Shown here in pieces: positions 12,650 to 26,393 of a stretch of 64,000 bases of DNA. Location: positions 5,890,001 to 5,954,000 of the forward strand of contig NC_043022.1 in the NCBI RefSeq assembly GCF_006345805.1, in the 5' to 3' direction. The position numbers and the translations under genes are program-made. Origin of the DNA: Octopus sinensis (lineage: Eukaryota). Below the pieces are notes generated by a model. It searched no databases. It had not been told where the DNA came from and saw only the letters and a program-made list of their open reading frames with translations. Numbering within the stretch: position 1 is the first letter of the stretch; each line of letters begins with the position of its first letter.

Positions 12650-14785
12650 ATGTATCTATCTATCTATCTATATATATATATATATACATGTGTGTGTATG
12701 TATATATGTGCATACACACATATATATACACACACCTATGTGTGTGTTTGTCCTCCACCACTGCTTGGCAACCAGTGGTGGTTTGTTTACACCTCAGTAA
12801 CTTAGCAGTTTGGCAAAAAGAAACCAATAAAATAAGTTCCAGGCTTTACAAAAAAGAAAATTCCTGGGATTGATTTGTTCAAGTAAACCGTTCGAGGCAG
12901 TGCCCCAGTATGGCCACAGCCCAATGACTGAAGCCAGTAAAAGATAAAAGTAGGAAATAAGTAAAAACAATTATAAAAAAGAAAGAAAGAAATGTGTGGA
13001 GAAAGCTTTAAGAATTACCTGTTCATTGAAGCGAATCGAAACAGTCTTCCGACTTCACCAATAAACAACTGTTTGGTAGGGCTGGTGGGGGGTGAGAAAG
13101 ATTTGGGGATTCTTGGCTAACGTACAGAGTTGACGGAGGTGAAATGAAAAGTTGATCAGTTAAGTTGCGAACCTGTTTGATCTTTGTGAAGAATTTCAAG
13201 ATTATTGTCAAAAGGCATCCATCAATAATTCTCTCTTCCTTTAATCTTCAAATAGCTTCAGATTCCCCCCCCCCCATTATCTGATAGGGACTGCAATCTA
13301 GTTGAACGAAAGGCATTTATCTATAAAAAAAGATCTAATTGTAAGGTCAGTCGCTGGCAGTATATTTTAACCAATATTTTAAGCTGTTCCTTTGAACTGG
13401 CATCATGCTTAGCTAAAATACTTCTGCAGTTATAGCAAAAGCCGTGTGTTTCAAACCAGCCATTTGGAATGGAATTTCTTTACCTTTATAGACCAACTGA
13501 TGTGGTGGCGCTGAAGTTAAGACATTACCGTAATCTAGTTGAGGAATTTCCATGTCGGAGTTTGTGTCGATGTTAAAGTCTACTTTGTTTTTTTTTTTAT
13601 TTGATTTTATTTTTGCAACCCTTCAGAGGCAATTATTGTTTGTTACTGGCTGCACACGTGAGGCGTTTGTCTGAACATAAACAAGGCAAATTTCTTTAGA
13701 AAGAAATGGTAACTACTGATGGAAGAAGATTTGGTTCCTCTGATTTCAAGATACAAAGGAATTAAAGATCAGGAATAGGGTGTCAATACCCGAAGCACTA
13801 CAATCCGCTGTAGTAATAGTAAAAAGGAGAACTCTTTCATGATTGTCTAAAAACAGGGACCAGGGTGTCCCTTTTTGTAACATATACCTTCAATATAGAA
13901 ACAGGCATGTCTGTGTAGCAAGAAGTATGCTTCCCAACTATAGGGTTCCTGGTTCAGTCCCACTGCATGGCACCTTTGCCAAATGTCTTCTGTAGCTTCA
14001 GATTGACCAAAGCTTTGTGAGTAGGTTTGGATGATTGAAATTGTACTGAAGCTTGCTTGTGTGTGTGTGTGTGTGCACGCGTGTGTATTTATATATAAAC
14101 TTGACTCTACATCCAGTATTGAATCCTCCATCAGTAAATGTTCTGTAATTCTTAAACTGTTTTAAAATAATAACTTTGATTTGACATTTATACTTATTTG
14201 TGTGTGTGTGCACTCATGCGTGTGTGTTATGAAATAAAAATTTTGGCAAAAGATGTCAACAACAACGAGAAGCGGAATAAATCGGTTCCCTCGAATGAAA
14301 GTCTCTTGTATTCAAGGACAGTCTCTTGCCTCCGTCTCCATCCGAAACGATTCATGACTCACTAATTAATTAGCCCTTTAGAAACCTCTGACCAACACTG
14401 CTTGCATTCATTCAAAACAAAATGAAAATAAATATTATTTTTAAAGCAGTCCAATAATAATAATAATAACAATAACAATAATAGTAATAATAATAATAAT
14501 AATAACAATAATAATAGTAATAATAGTAATAATAATAATAATAATAACAATAATAGTAGTAGTAATAATAATCCACCATGTTTCTGTTTCCAGTGCACTC
14601 TCTGTCGTCACACATTACAGTGGCTCTATTGTCTTCCGGCCCTTTGTCCTTAGATGTAATGGCATTATTTAGTCTGCTGTCAAAGCCCCACAAGTTATTC
14701 AGTCTAGCCATTGTTCAGGAGATTTTGTTTAACCCAGTCTCTTTCCTTCTTCCTCTCTTTCACCCCCTCTCTCTGCCTCTCTCTG

Positions 14786-14819
<34 letters not shown>

Positions 14820-15591
14820 TTTATTAGGACAGAGCTGGAAGGTATCTAATGTTGGCTTCCAGGTTAGAATTTAACGATAGGTCTGTTTTGATGATTCGAA
14901 TTTGTCAATCTTGCATGAAAATCACAGAATCTACTCCACAGAAAGATTGCAGGAGATGTGCTTCTTGAAAGTAGAAACTAATAAAGCACAGACCACCTTT
15001 TCCCCTGTTGTGACTGCAACCCGGAGCACAGATGAGCCATGGGGCCCAGGAAGCGGAGAAGGTGCAGTTGAAGCTTTTGTCATTGCAATATGATAAATTG
15101 GCTGAGATGTATTTGAGAACATCAGTGGTAAGAGGCCGAGCTGGAGCAATGATCAGAAGGTACAATGGCATGAACTTGAGCGATAAGCAACAGGAATGTT
15201 TGGGAATCTGTGAAATCTACTCATGGTAAAGATGAGTTCTACAAACTGAGCAAGAAGAAGCTTGAGGAGTGTGTGTGTGTGTGTAGGCATGGTTTTGTGG
15301 TAAGAAGCTTGCTTGCCAACCACATGGGTCCAGGTTCGGCCCTACTGTGTGGCACCTTGGGCAAGTGTATTCTATTATAGCCTCCGGTCAGCCAAAGCCT
15401 TGTGAGTGGATTTGGTAGACGGAAACTGAAAGAAGCTCATCGTAACTAGTAAAAGCTAAAGGCTGTATGTATATGAATATATACATACATACATATGTAT
15501 ATATATCTATGTATATGTGTTGTGTGTGTGTATATATATACATAATTATATATATATATATATATATATTATATAGATATATATATATATA

Positions 15592-15773
15592 TTTTTTACT
15601 ACCCACAAGGGGCTAAACATAGAGGGGACAAACAAGGACAGACAAAGGGATTAAGTCGATTACATCGACCCCAGTGCGTAACTGGTACTTAATTTATCGA
15701 CCCCGGAAGGATGAAAGGCAAAGTCGACCTCGGCGGAATTTGAACCCAGAAAACGTAACGGCAGACGAAATAC
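15592..15773 (-). mobile_element. SINE family B, 5'-truncated
   Basis: Reverse complement of the core and 3' end. Confidence 0.85.
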
Positions 15774-16316
15774 ATATGTGTGTGTGTGTGTGTGTGTATG
15801 TATGTGTATACATATATACATATATGGGTGTGTGTGTGTGTGTGTGTGTACTTTACCTCCTGATGGTGCTTTGTTTTACTGGGAAGCAATACTACTGTAT
15901 TGCACTATTTAATAATTTTTCTTTGGAAACTTTTTCACTGTTCTCGGTGTGTTAATGGCCAGGTGTTTCAGACGTGTATATACTGGCATTGACGCAGCGA
16001 CATTTGAGATTTTATCCAGGTGAGAACTAATCGAATTCACGTTCACAAACGTAATTTGGAAAGTTTGAAACCTAGGTCCTAGATTATCCACATCTGGGTT
16101 CTACATTTATTTAATGTTCTTCCTTTAGGTAAGATCACAGTTTTTATGTTCACAATCCGCAAACATCTTTGCAGTTATATTATATATATTATATATAATA
16201 TATATAATTATATTATATATATATATATATATACACAGTGAAGCTTTACTATAGCGTCATATATTATTGACTGCTATTTCCAGTAAATACTGGTGCATTG
16301 TTGTACCACTATCTTA

Positions 16317-16351
<35 letters not shown>

Positions 16352-16411
16352 TTACATATATATATATATATATATATATCTGAATAATATATATATATAT
16401 ATATATATATC

Positions 16412-16442
<31 letters not shown>

Positions 16443-17928
16443 CTGAATTGCCTAGTCCTAGGGGGAACAGTCAATTTTGATATAAATATATCAATAGTCT
16501 CCCCAAAATATTGAGTTTATATCAGATACAATATATTTTTGATATGTAACTCTTACATTATTACAAACATACCTATCTAGCTCTCTCTCTATATACACGC
16601 ACACATACACTTGTATATACATATATATATATATATATATATGTGCATATAGGTGTGTTTATAGTATATATCCTTTGCATCTCTATATAATATGTATACC
16701 CCTTACACACACACACACACGAGTGTGCATCAAACATCCCCCCCTCCACCATTAAATAAGCTGAAAAATACCAATAAATATATTTTCTCTTCATATTGAC
16801 GACACTTGAGTCATTACAGAGTTATTACAAATTTATGATTGGCTGCAAAAGATGTTGTTTTTGATGAGTTTTAGGAGAATATATTCATATATTCAAGATT
16901 TGGTGAGTGCATTAAGTTCACGTACTTCACGTTATGAGCAATTCGCGTATGTGACAATATGTCTCCATACACACGTGTGTGTGGGTATTGTGTGTTCTGC
17001 AGTTTCCATCATATTTAATTTTGTCTCTCTTCCATTGTTCTACAACTTCATCTAACAAATTACATCAATGTTCAATTCTTTATTGACCAATATTCCTTTT
17101 ATTCCATCAATTTCTTTTCTGGCGGTGTTTTATCATTGTGGAATATCTAAAGATTGTTCAAAGTGTGACAATATTACACTGATATCTAATATCTAAGTGT
17201 GAACATATATATATATAAGATACAGAAATAATTTTATTCTCCAATGCTGGCTAGCAGGGAGCTGTCCAGATTCCAGTTGTCTGTCGTGGCATCGTTTCTA
17301 TGGCTGGATGCCCTTCTTAATTGCCAATCACTTTACAGTGTGTTCTGGGTGCTTTTTACCTGCCACCAACACAGGTGGATTTACACTGCATCAACACAGG
17401 TATGTCTGTACAACACCTGAACAGGTGTGCTTTTTTTATGTGACACCTGCACCTAAAAGGACCAACCTCTATGTTTAACAACATCAGACATTTAGGGAGA
17501 GAAAAAAAAAACTCTTTTTGCATACAAATATTTGTCACAACAAAATTTGGTGAACAAGTATTTTTATTCACTCGTTTACCTTTTCTTGGGGGTGGGGCAA
17601 ATAAAATGCCAGACTTGTTGGAACAACAGACAACCAGTGGAGCTTTCATTTCAGTTGTTAGGGTTTATCTGTATGATATAATGTCACAATTTCTGTAGTT
17701 CCTTCATACGAGGGCACAGGAGGAGTCACAGTTTTCTGTTTATCTTTGAACCAGTGTTGGTATCTGGGGGGCAGAATCTTTGTCCTGGCAAACTGTCAGC
17801 TGTGGTTTTTGTCATCTTGTCATCACACAGTCAGCAGTTATTTCGTGTGTGTGTGTGTGTACAAACATGTATGTATGTTTGTGTCTGTGTGTGCGTGCGC
17901 GAGTGTGTGTGTGTGTGACACCTTAAAC

Positions 17929-18382
17929 CAGGAGCGCAGAAACCCCTGCCCGCGGGCGCAACTGCGCCTGTGAGCCCACTTTATTTTTCAGTTATAAAAT
18001 TTATACATTACTTGTATACCTATTTGCAACATAGGTCTCCACTTCGACTTAAAACGGTCAAACTCGAAAAGAAAATCGTCCAGTAATTGTCATTTGAATG
18101 GAAATTTTGTTTTCACTATAAAACACGTATTGCTAGGTTTGTACCACCCCCTTGAGACCCAACTACACTCAAGCTGAAAAATATAGAATACCTCATAAGT
18201 AATATAAACGTCCTAAATCCTGTAGCGGCGTTAATGAAGATGTTACGCGTTAATTTAATGCATTAAACTTCTCTTCATTAATGTATATCAAATTATACAT
18301 AGATATATACAGGATTATACGCCCGCGGACCATTTTCTTAGGAAATTTTTGCCTGCTGCACTAAAACGTTTCCCCACCCCAG
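17929..18382. mobile_element. hAT-type MITE
   Basis: Imperfect 15-bp TIRs (CAGGAGCGCAGAAAC / GTTTCCCCACCCCAG), 8-bp TSD CCTTAAAC/TCCTAAAC, subterminal GCCCGCGG motifs near both ends. Confidence 0.6.
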
Positions 18383-18787
18383 TCCTAAACAGTAATTTGT
18401 CCGTCGTTGGATTATAGTGATAACCGTTTGTACAACACAAGAACCATTCTCTGAGACTGTAATTTGTAACAGTGATTTGTGGCAGACCAAAGCGAAATGA
18501 CCTATAATCAGATTAAACCACAAGTTTCCTAGAAGGATTTCGGGGTCCATCACCTCTGGTGGCTTTACAGTCGATTTCTCTTTAGGGTGACCTCATTTCT
18601 CATTCTATCTACTGAAAACCCTACGACGATGGAAGACTGGTGACATGTGCAGGCGTAACCTGTTGGAACCACTCAATAAGTTCCAACTTTGTCACCTGCG
18701 CTTCAAAACATGTATATCTGCAACGATTACAGGTAAGTTCACCGCCATCAATTCACTGAGGAAAGTTTACCAAAAAAGCATATCCAT

Positions 18788-19030
18788 AAGGCGGCGGCGA
18801 GCTGGCAGAACCGTTAGCACGCCGGGCGAAATGCTTAGCAGTATTTCGTCTGCCGTTACGTTCAGAGTTCAAATTCCGCCGAGGTCGACTTTACCTTTCA
18901 TTCTTTCGGGGTCGATAAATTAAGTACCAGTTACGCACTGGGGTCGATCTAATCGACTTAATCCCTTTGTCTGTCCTTGTTTGTCCCATCTATGTTTAGC
19001 CCCTTGTGGGCAATAAAGAGATAAGAAAAT
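18788..19030 (+). mobile_element. SINE family B (~240 bp)
   Basis: GGCGGCGAGCTGGCAGAA head, GAGTTCAAATTCC B box, CCTTTCAT.CTTTCGGGGTCGATAAATTAAGTACCAG core (resembles the MetaSINE core, from memory); 8-bp TSD ATATCCAT (18780-18787, 19031-19038). Confidence 0.9.
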
Positions 19031-19242
19031 ATATCCATTAAAAAGAAAACGGTGAAATTAGTGGACATCGTCTGCGACGGGAGTGAAAAGGTGGTGGATG
19101 TAAAGTCCGAAATGACATTGACAATGTGGAAGCACAAGGAGAGAGCAATCGTCTCTGAAAGTGGAACAATCAGGATGTGAGTGTGTGTTGTATCTGGATG
19201 TGTTTACCTATATGTGTATATGTGGCTGGATGGATGTACGTA

Positions 19243-19279
<37 letters not shown>

Positions 19280-19921
19280 GTGACTCGTAAGATAGATTAT
19301 CCTGTTCAAGGAAAGAAAAAAACAATCTAATTGTGAAAATGAAAGTCGTCTTCGGAATCATTTCGCCGTACAAAGGGTGACAACTGCGGAGAGATAAAAG
19401 TAGCTGTAAGGGAGGTAACTTTTGGTATGTGCGTCTCAAATTACTCGGAATTGAAAGAATGAAAAAACAAACTACCTGACACCTTAATTACTTATTTTCA
19501 TTATATAGATTGATTATAATTAATTACAAACTATATATTTGTTCTGTTGTCAGCAGCCCCACCCCCATACATACATTTGCTCATTCAGAGTTTTAGGAAT
19601 GTCTAACTTTATCGCATGAATATAGTTTAAAAACACGATCCTAATTGTTGTTCCACCCCTAAAATAATCTGTTTGCGTAATTAAACAAATCAACTTTTAA
19701 TTGTTAATAAGACATTTATGTGAGGTACATAGAAGAAGGTGTACGATCAAAATAAAGGTGTTTTCGTTTTTAAAAAACAAAAACATTCGATAATGAAAGT
19801 AGATCGATGGGACCCACGAGATATAGTTAGGGGTTGTTTTGTTGTTCCCTGCTTAACCGGGACTGAAAAATATTCCTTCCCTCTCTCTTTTCTTTTAAAA
19901 GAAAAGAGAGAGAGAAGGAAT

Positions 19922-20321
19922 ATTTTTCTCTTTACTTGTTTCAGTCATTTGACTGCGGCCATGCTGGAGCACCGCCTTTAGTCGAGCAAATCGACCCTGG
20001 GACTTATTCTTTGTAAACCCAGTACTTATTCTATCGGTCTCTTTTGCCGAACCGCTAAGTGACGGGGACGTAAATACACACCAGCATCAGTTGTCAAGCA
20101 ATGCTAGGGGGACAAACACAGACACACAAATACACACATGCATACATATACATATATACGACAGGCTTCTTTCAGTTTCCGTCTACCAAATCCACTCACA
20201 AGGCATTGGTCGGCCCGGGGCTATAGCAGAAGACACTTGCCCAAGATGCCACGCAGTGGGACTGAACCCGGGCCAATGTGGTTGGTTAGCAAGCTTCTTA
20301 CCACACAGCCACTCCTGCGCC
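19922..20321 (-). mobile_element. SINE family A, full length
   Basis: Colinear reverse-complement copy. Confidence 0.9.
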
Positions 20322-21654
20322 TATTCCGTTTTTATTCAGACGCTTCATGAGCCTTGAGAAATTACTTCAACTTTACTGAATCGAATTTTCCTTCTCTTAT
20401 GCACGGATGTATCCCGATATAACCGACGTTTTCTCTTTGTTTATTGAGATCAAATGTTGACATGTGTAGCTTCTACGACCCCGGCCATTCATTTGTTTAT
20501 TTCTCTGTTATTTGAAGAAAGAAGCATTAAGAAACAGTTCAACTCAATCAAAGACTGAGTTTAAACAAACATGTTGTTGTTGTGTTGTTGCCGCCGCCGT
20601 GTGACCCCAACTCAAGTTCTGTTGAAATAAATCTGGGGGTCACAATCGCGGTTAATCACAGAGTGTTGGCCAATTACTTGAGTTCACACTATTTACAGTT
20701 ATTAGGCTGAGCTTTAAATAATCATCTTCCTTTAAATGTCCACTTTTTCATGCTTTCATGAACTGGACAATGTTTGTAGAGGTCAGATTTTTTTGTGGTC
20801 AGATGCCCGTCCTGACGCCAACCTTCATCTGTTTTCAAGCAGGGTAATATTTCCCCCTTGCCCAAACATGTTCTCACAGACGATTACATATGAAAGACAC
20901 CGCTTGTATGACAGTGGCACTCATCTACAGCTACCACGTGATGCCAAGACTGGGAAAGACAAGGACACACACACCCATACACACAAACATACACACTGGG
21001 ATTCTTCCAGTTTCCGCCGTCCAAATCCAGCCACAAGGCTTTGGTTAGCCTGGAGGATACGCCCAGATTGCCATGCAGTGGGATTGAACCCAGAACCATA
21101 TGGTTTGGAAATAAACTTGTTAACCACACAGCCACGCCTGTGCTTCCCTGTTTATTCCGCAGTCAATAGATTCAGCTTTAATTAACGATGCATATTTGAT
21201 GGACTTAGCTTTAATTAAATCCACACAATTTCTATATTCAACCATACACGACTGATTGAGCCATAATTAACTATACATAGTTAATAGATTCAGCTATTAA
21301 AAGAAGTCAATAGGTTGGGCTTTAATTAATTCTACATCGTTAATAGATTGAGTGGTAAGATAGACAAAATGAATAGACTAATCTTCTGTTTCTCTTGTCA
21401 ACGAAGTGAATCTGAGACTGCGAAAGGGAGGAGTCGATGTTTGACTCTGGTTTCAGATTCGAGGTTTTCCACGTAGATGTCGGCCACGAGATAAAAGCAA
21501 CGATGCTCTGGGATGTCAGCATTGTGGGTGTGGTGTGCGTGTGTGAGTGTATCTGTGCCTTTGTGTATGTGTGTGTTTGTGTGCTTGTGTGTGTGTATTT
21601 ATGCCTTGTGTTTGTGTCTGTGTTTCCATGTGTGTGACTGTATGTGTGCGCATT

Positions 21655-21876
21655 GCTGGCAGAACCATTAGCACACCGGGCGAAATGCTTTGTGGTATTT
21701 CGTCCGCCGCTACGTTCTGAGTTCAAATTCCGCCGAGGTTGACTTTACCTTTCATCCTTTCGGGGTCGATAAATTAAGTACCAGTGACGCACTGGGGTCG
21801 ATGTAATTGACTTAATCGATTTGTCTGTACTTGTTTGTCCCCTCTATGTTTAGCCCCTTGTGGGCAATAAAGAAAT
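21655..21876 (+). mobile_element. SINE family B
   Basis: Colinear with 18788-19030. Confidence 0.88.
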
Positions 21877-22603
21877 ATGTATGTGTGCGCTTTGTGTACA
21901 TGCGTGCGCATGTGTCTCTGCCTGTGTGTATGTATGTGTTGGAGGTTACGCAAACTGGCCGCGTCCAGCAGCAATTGGTTTGAATCAGTGGAGAGCAGGA
22001 TGAAAAAATATTTTGATATTCTGTTTGAGTTCAAATCCCAATGCAGTCGACTTTGATTTTCGTCCTTCTGGGGTGGGCAAATGAAGTTACCATTCAAGGG
22101 TGGTGGTCTTGTGAAAACTTTGGAGGAAACAAGGCAAAATACCTTGGCATGAGTGTTCTTGTATAAGTAACTGAACAAACCAAAGAATCAGTGCCTTTCC
22201 AATGAAGTCCCTTGTGATTTTTGTTCTGCATTGAGTTATAGATACTCCCTTGTTTTACTCACACTTACCAAAACCTGTAAACCAATAATGAGTTTACTGA
22301 AAAGCTTCAACTACAAGCTGCAATATAATAATCATAATAATGATAATGATAATAATAGTAATAATAAGAAGAAGAAGAAGAAGAAGAATAGAAATCCTTT
22401 CTTCTATAGGCACAAGGCCTGAAATTTGGGGGGAGGGGGCTCATCAATTACATCAACCCCAGTGCATAGCTGGTACTTATTTCATTGACTCCGGAAAGAT
22501 GACCTCTGCAGAATCTGAACTCAGAATGTAAAGCTGTATGAAAAACTGGTTAGCATTTCGCCCGGCATGTTAACAATTCCGCCAGTTTGCCACCTAGTAG
22601 TAA

Positions 22604-23035
22604 TCATCATCATCATCATCATCATCGTTTAACGTCCGTTCTCCATGCTAGCATGGGTTGGACGGTTCGACCGGGGATCTGGGAAGCCAGAAGGCTGCAC
22701 CAGGCTCCGGTCTTATCTGGCAATGTTTCTACAGCTGGATGCCCTTCCTAACGCTAACCACTCCATGAGTGTAGGTGGGTGCTTTTTACGTGCCACCTGC
22801 ACTGGTACCAGGCGAGGCTGGCATCGGCCACGGTCGGATTGGTGCATTTTACGTGCCACCTGCACGGAAGCCAGTCGAGGCGGCACTGGCTTCGGCCACG
22901 ATTCGGATGGTGCCTTTTATGTGCCACCGACACGGAAGCCAGTTGAGGCGGCGTGGCATCGGCCACTATTCGGATAGTGCTTTTTACGTATCTCCAGTCC
23001 AGGGGTCCTGGCATCTGCCGGGTGCCAGTCATAGA
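22604..23035 (-). mobile_element. Retroposon family C
   Basis: Same 3' module; about 4 internal repeat units. Confidence 0.85.
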
Positions 23036-23038
23036 TAC

Positions 23039-23070
<32 letters not shown>

Positions 23071-23489
23071 TAATCTTTTCTATTATAGGCACAAGGCCTA
23101 GAAATTGGTGGGGAGGGGTTAAGTCGATTACATCAACCCCAGTATATCACTGGTACTTAATTTATCAACCCCGAAAGGATGAAAGGTAAAGTCGACCTCA
23201 ATGGAATTTGAACTCAAACGTACCAGCTGACAAAATGCTGCTAAGCATTTCGCCCAGTGTGCTAACGATTCTGCCAGTTCACTGCCTTTAATATGAGAGT
23301 AATGATGATGATGATGGCCACAATGATGATGACAACAACCATGTTCGCAACAATGATGATGATGATGATGATGACAATGATGACAGCGATAACGTACGTG
23401 GTGGTGGGGGGGTTGTAGTAGTTACGTATGGAGAGAAGAATTATTGTAATTAACTCAAGTGAGGAGGAGCGGTGCATGGGGCGGTGGGG

Positions 23490-23846
23490 GAGGAGGAGAT
23501 GGCACCGGTGGGGGGTGGCACCGGTGGGGAGGGGGAGATGGCACCGGTGGGGGGAGGTGGAGATGGCACCGGTGGGGGAGGAGGAGATGGCATCGGTGGG
23601 GGAGGAAGAGGAGATGGCACCGGTGGGGGAGGAGGAGATGGCACCGGTGGGGGGGGAGATGGCACGGTGGGGGGAGGTGGAAGATGGGCACCGGTGGGGG
23701 AGGAGGGATGGCATCGGTGGGGGAGGAAGAGGAGATGGCACCGGTGGGGGAGGAGGAGATGGCACCGGTGGGGGAGGAGGGGGAGATGGCACCGGTGGGG
23801 GAGGAGGAAATGGCACCGGCGGGGGAGGAGGAGATGGCACCGGTGT
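23490..23846. repeat. G-rich minisatellite, ~21-24-bp units (GAGGAGATGGCACCGGTGGGG)
   Basis: About 16 units; most contain the palindrome CACCGGTG followed by a G run. Confidence 0.95.
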
Positions 23847-24440
23847 GATGTAAAAATATTCCAGAAAGACCACTGAACCAACTTGAAGAATTACACGACG
23901 GGGGTGGTGGGTAGTAACACCACCACCAACAACAACAACAGCACCGACCATTACCCACCAGCACCACCCCCAAATTTTACATGTACTCTTCTGGTTATTG
24001 CGGGGTATCAGCAAAACTGATGGTGTCTTTCCCCCAGTTACCCACTTAAAAAAAAAAAACACATCTACGCTAGTGTTAACAACAACAACAACTGCATCAA
24101 GAAGAAGAAGAAGAAGAAGGAGAAGAAGAACATGCTGCTGTGTGGCAGACTTGTCTTCCAGCTCAACAAACTTATTTAGACTACAATAATATCACACAGA
24201 AAAATGGGCAAATTTGCTGTTTTGTTTAGTTTTATTTTGTAATTTTAATTTTTTTTGATTTTTTTTCTCATAGCCAGACATTTTTTTAGGTGTTTTTGTA
24301 ATTTTTTTTTTGTTGTACCTACCTACAACCACCCCCTCCTCCCCTCCCTTCGCCCCCTCCTGTTACCGCCACCATCATCATCACTGCACCTGACAAAACA
24401 CACACACACTCACACACACTCCAGACATACTTTTTTTCCC

Positions 24441-24844
24441 TTTTTACTCTTTTTACTTGTTTCAGTCATTTGACTGCGGGCCATGCTGGAGCACCGCCTT
24501 TAGTCGAGCAAATCGACCCTGGGACTTATTCTTTGTAAGCCCAGTACTTATTCTTTTGCCAAACCACTAATTGACGGGGACATAAACACACCAGTGTCGG
24601 TTGTCAAGCAATGCTAGGGGGACAAACACAGACACACACACACACACACATACATATATATATATACCATTACATATATCCAACAGGCTTCTTTCAGTTT
24701 CGATCTACCAAATCCACTCACAAGGCATGGTCGGCCCGAGGCTATCAGAGGCTATAGCAGAAGAACTTGCCCAAGATGCCACGCAGTGGGACTGAACCCG
24801 GAACCATGCGGTTGGTTAGCAAGCTACTTACCAACAGCCACGCC
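24441..24844 (-). mobile_element. SINE family A, full length
   Basis: Colinear reverse-complement copy with small indels. Confidence 0.9.
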
Positions 24845-26134
24845 TATAGTTTAATTTTCACTACTATTTTTTTCCGGCTTTTTCTTTTTCCTTTTTTTAT
24901 TTCTCCCTCGCCCGTTTCATCGTCAACCACCTAGAAAACCCTGGATCAAACGAAAAAATGGGCTAAAAGTAGCACCAAATGAAGAAACCTACTGACGTTG
25001 TCATTGCCGCCATAGTCGACGCCACCGATAAATACTTGGAGAACATCAAATAAGCTAATTATCTCTCAGTCGATTACTGTAGAAGGATGCCACACGCAAA
25101 CAGACAACCAGCATTATGAGAAATAGCATGCAGCAGTCTCAGCACGCATGTATGCACACACACATGCATATATATACATTGTGTATCTATGTATGTATGT
25201 ATGTGTGTGTGTATACATGTGTATAAATATATATTTATAATGCACATATGTAGATATATGAAATATATATTATGTGTGTGTGTATTTGTGTATAAACATA
25301 TATTTATACATATATAATGTATATAAGTGTATATATATATATATATATGATTATATATTAGAAGAAATGAGGTACTCAGAAGATCGGATGGTTTATATTT
25401 ACAGATATTTATTTATATATTACATTTTTTACATATACACTTGCGTCAGAAATTAATTAGCACTTCTCAAATTTCTACATTAAATAGGTTAAATCAATTA
25501 ACCTATGAGCTGTTCAAAACGTCTTACGCGATGAGAAAACTAGTATGGTGTGATTTCGGTCCTTGCGAGGCGCTCCTACCATATCTATAAACGAAGGAAG
25601 ATTTGTCTGCATCCGCACTCAAGTTGTTGTTGCACTGCTATGTCAACATCATAAGGCTGTAGACTCTCAAACTGCTCTGCAAACAAAGTTACGTCATCGT
25701 TCTGCGCAACAGTGAACTCGCAACAAAGCAATAGTTCGAGATATGGCCACTAGGTGACAGCACATACCTTGAATGAAGAGCAAATTAAGGCTGCTAATTA
25801 ATTTCTAAAGGTAGTGTATATCATATCATTTAGATCATTAGCACTTTCTCCCATTCTAGTGGGGTTTTCAAATCAAAAAAAAAAAAAAATATGATTATAT
25901 ATATGCATATATACATACATATATATATATATGGCACCTGTGCCAACACTCTCAGAATGGTTTGCGTTAGGAAGGGCACCCAGCCGCAGAAAACTAACCC
26001 AACACTGACTGGGGTCTGGTGCAGTCTTCTGGCTCTCCAGCCCTGTTCAAACTGTCCATCCGATGCCAGCATGGACAACGGATGTTAAATGATGATGAGG
26101 ATGATGATGATATATATGTCTATAAATATATATA

Positions 26135-26298
26135 GCAGAGTATGCACAAGGTGGAAGAAAGGGTACTCAAATACTAGAGGTAGAGTAATATGCTTTATTT
26201 AAAAGCTGCAGAAATTCAACAAAAGCTGTTACTCAGAGTTTCACGTTCCCATTCGTCGGACGAACAGGAACGTGATATTTCTGCTGCTTTTCATAAAG
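26135..26298 (-). mobile_element. Family B repeat, degenerate hammerhead and partial hairpin
   Basis: Same tail; minus 26262-26226 = CGT CCGACGA ATGGGAACGT GAAA CTCTGAG TA ACAG. Confidence 0.75.
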
Positions 26299-26393
26299 TA
26301 TAAATATATATGTATGTGTATGTATGTATTGAACATCTTTTGAGAAGTATCTCTCCCACCCAGTTTTAGCTCATATAAAAATCTTGACATATA

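Noticed and set aside
13020-13321. Apparent minus-strand exon (TTTTTTTATAG acceptor, CAG|GTAATT donor)
   Set aside because: Stops in all three frames whatever the poly-G length; could be non-coding but cannot be supported
13488-13557. MEIPQLDYGNVLTSAPPHQLVYK followed by an AAG|GTAAAG donor (minus)
   Set aside because: Joining to the next acceptor gives a stop within 7 codons; no homology recognised
15909-16091. FVNVNSISSHLDKI resembling a LINE endonuclease N-terminus
   Set aside because: Only one short motif; the following sequence lacks other APE motifs
25579-25743. 54 open minus-strand codons (…AEQFESLQPYDVDIAVQQQLECGCRQIFLRL*)
   Set aside because: Short, no recognised domain, length expected by chance in 64 kb
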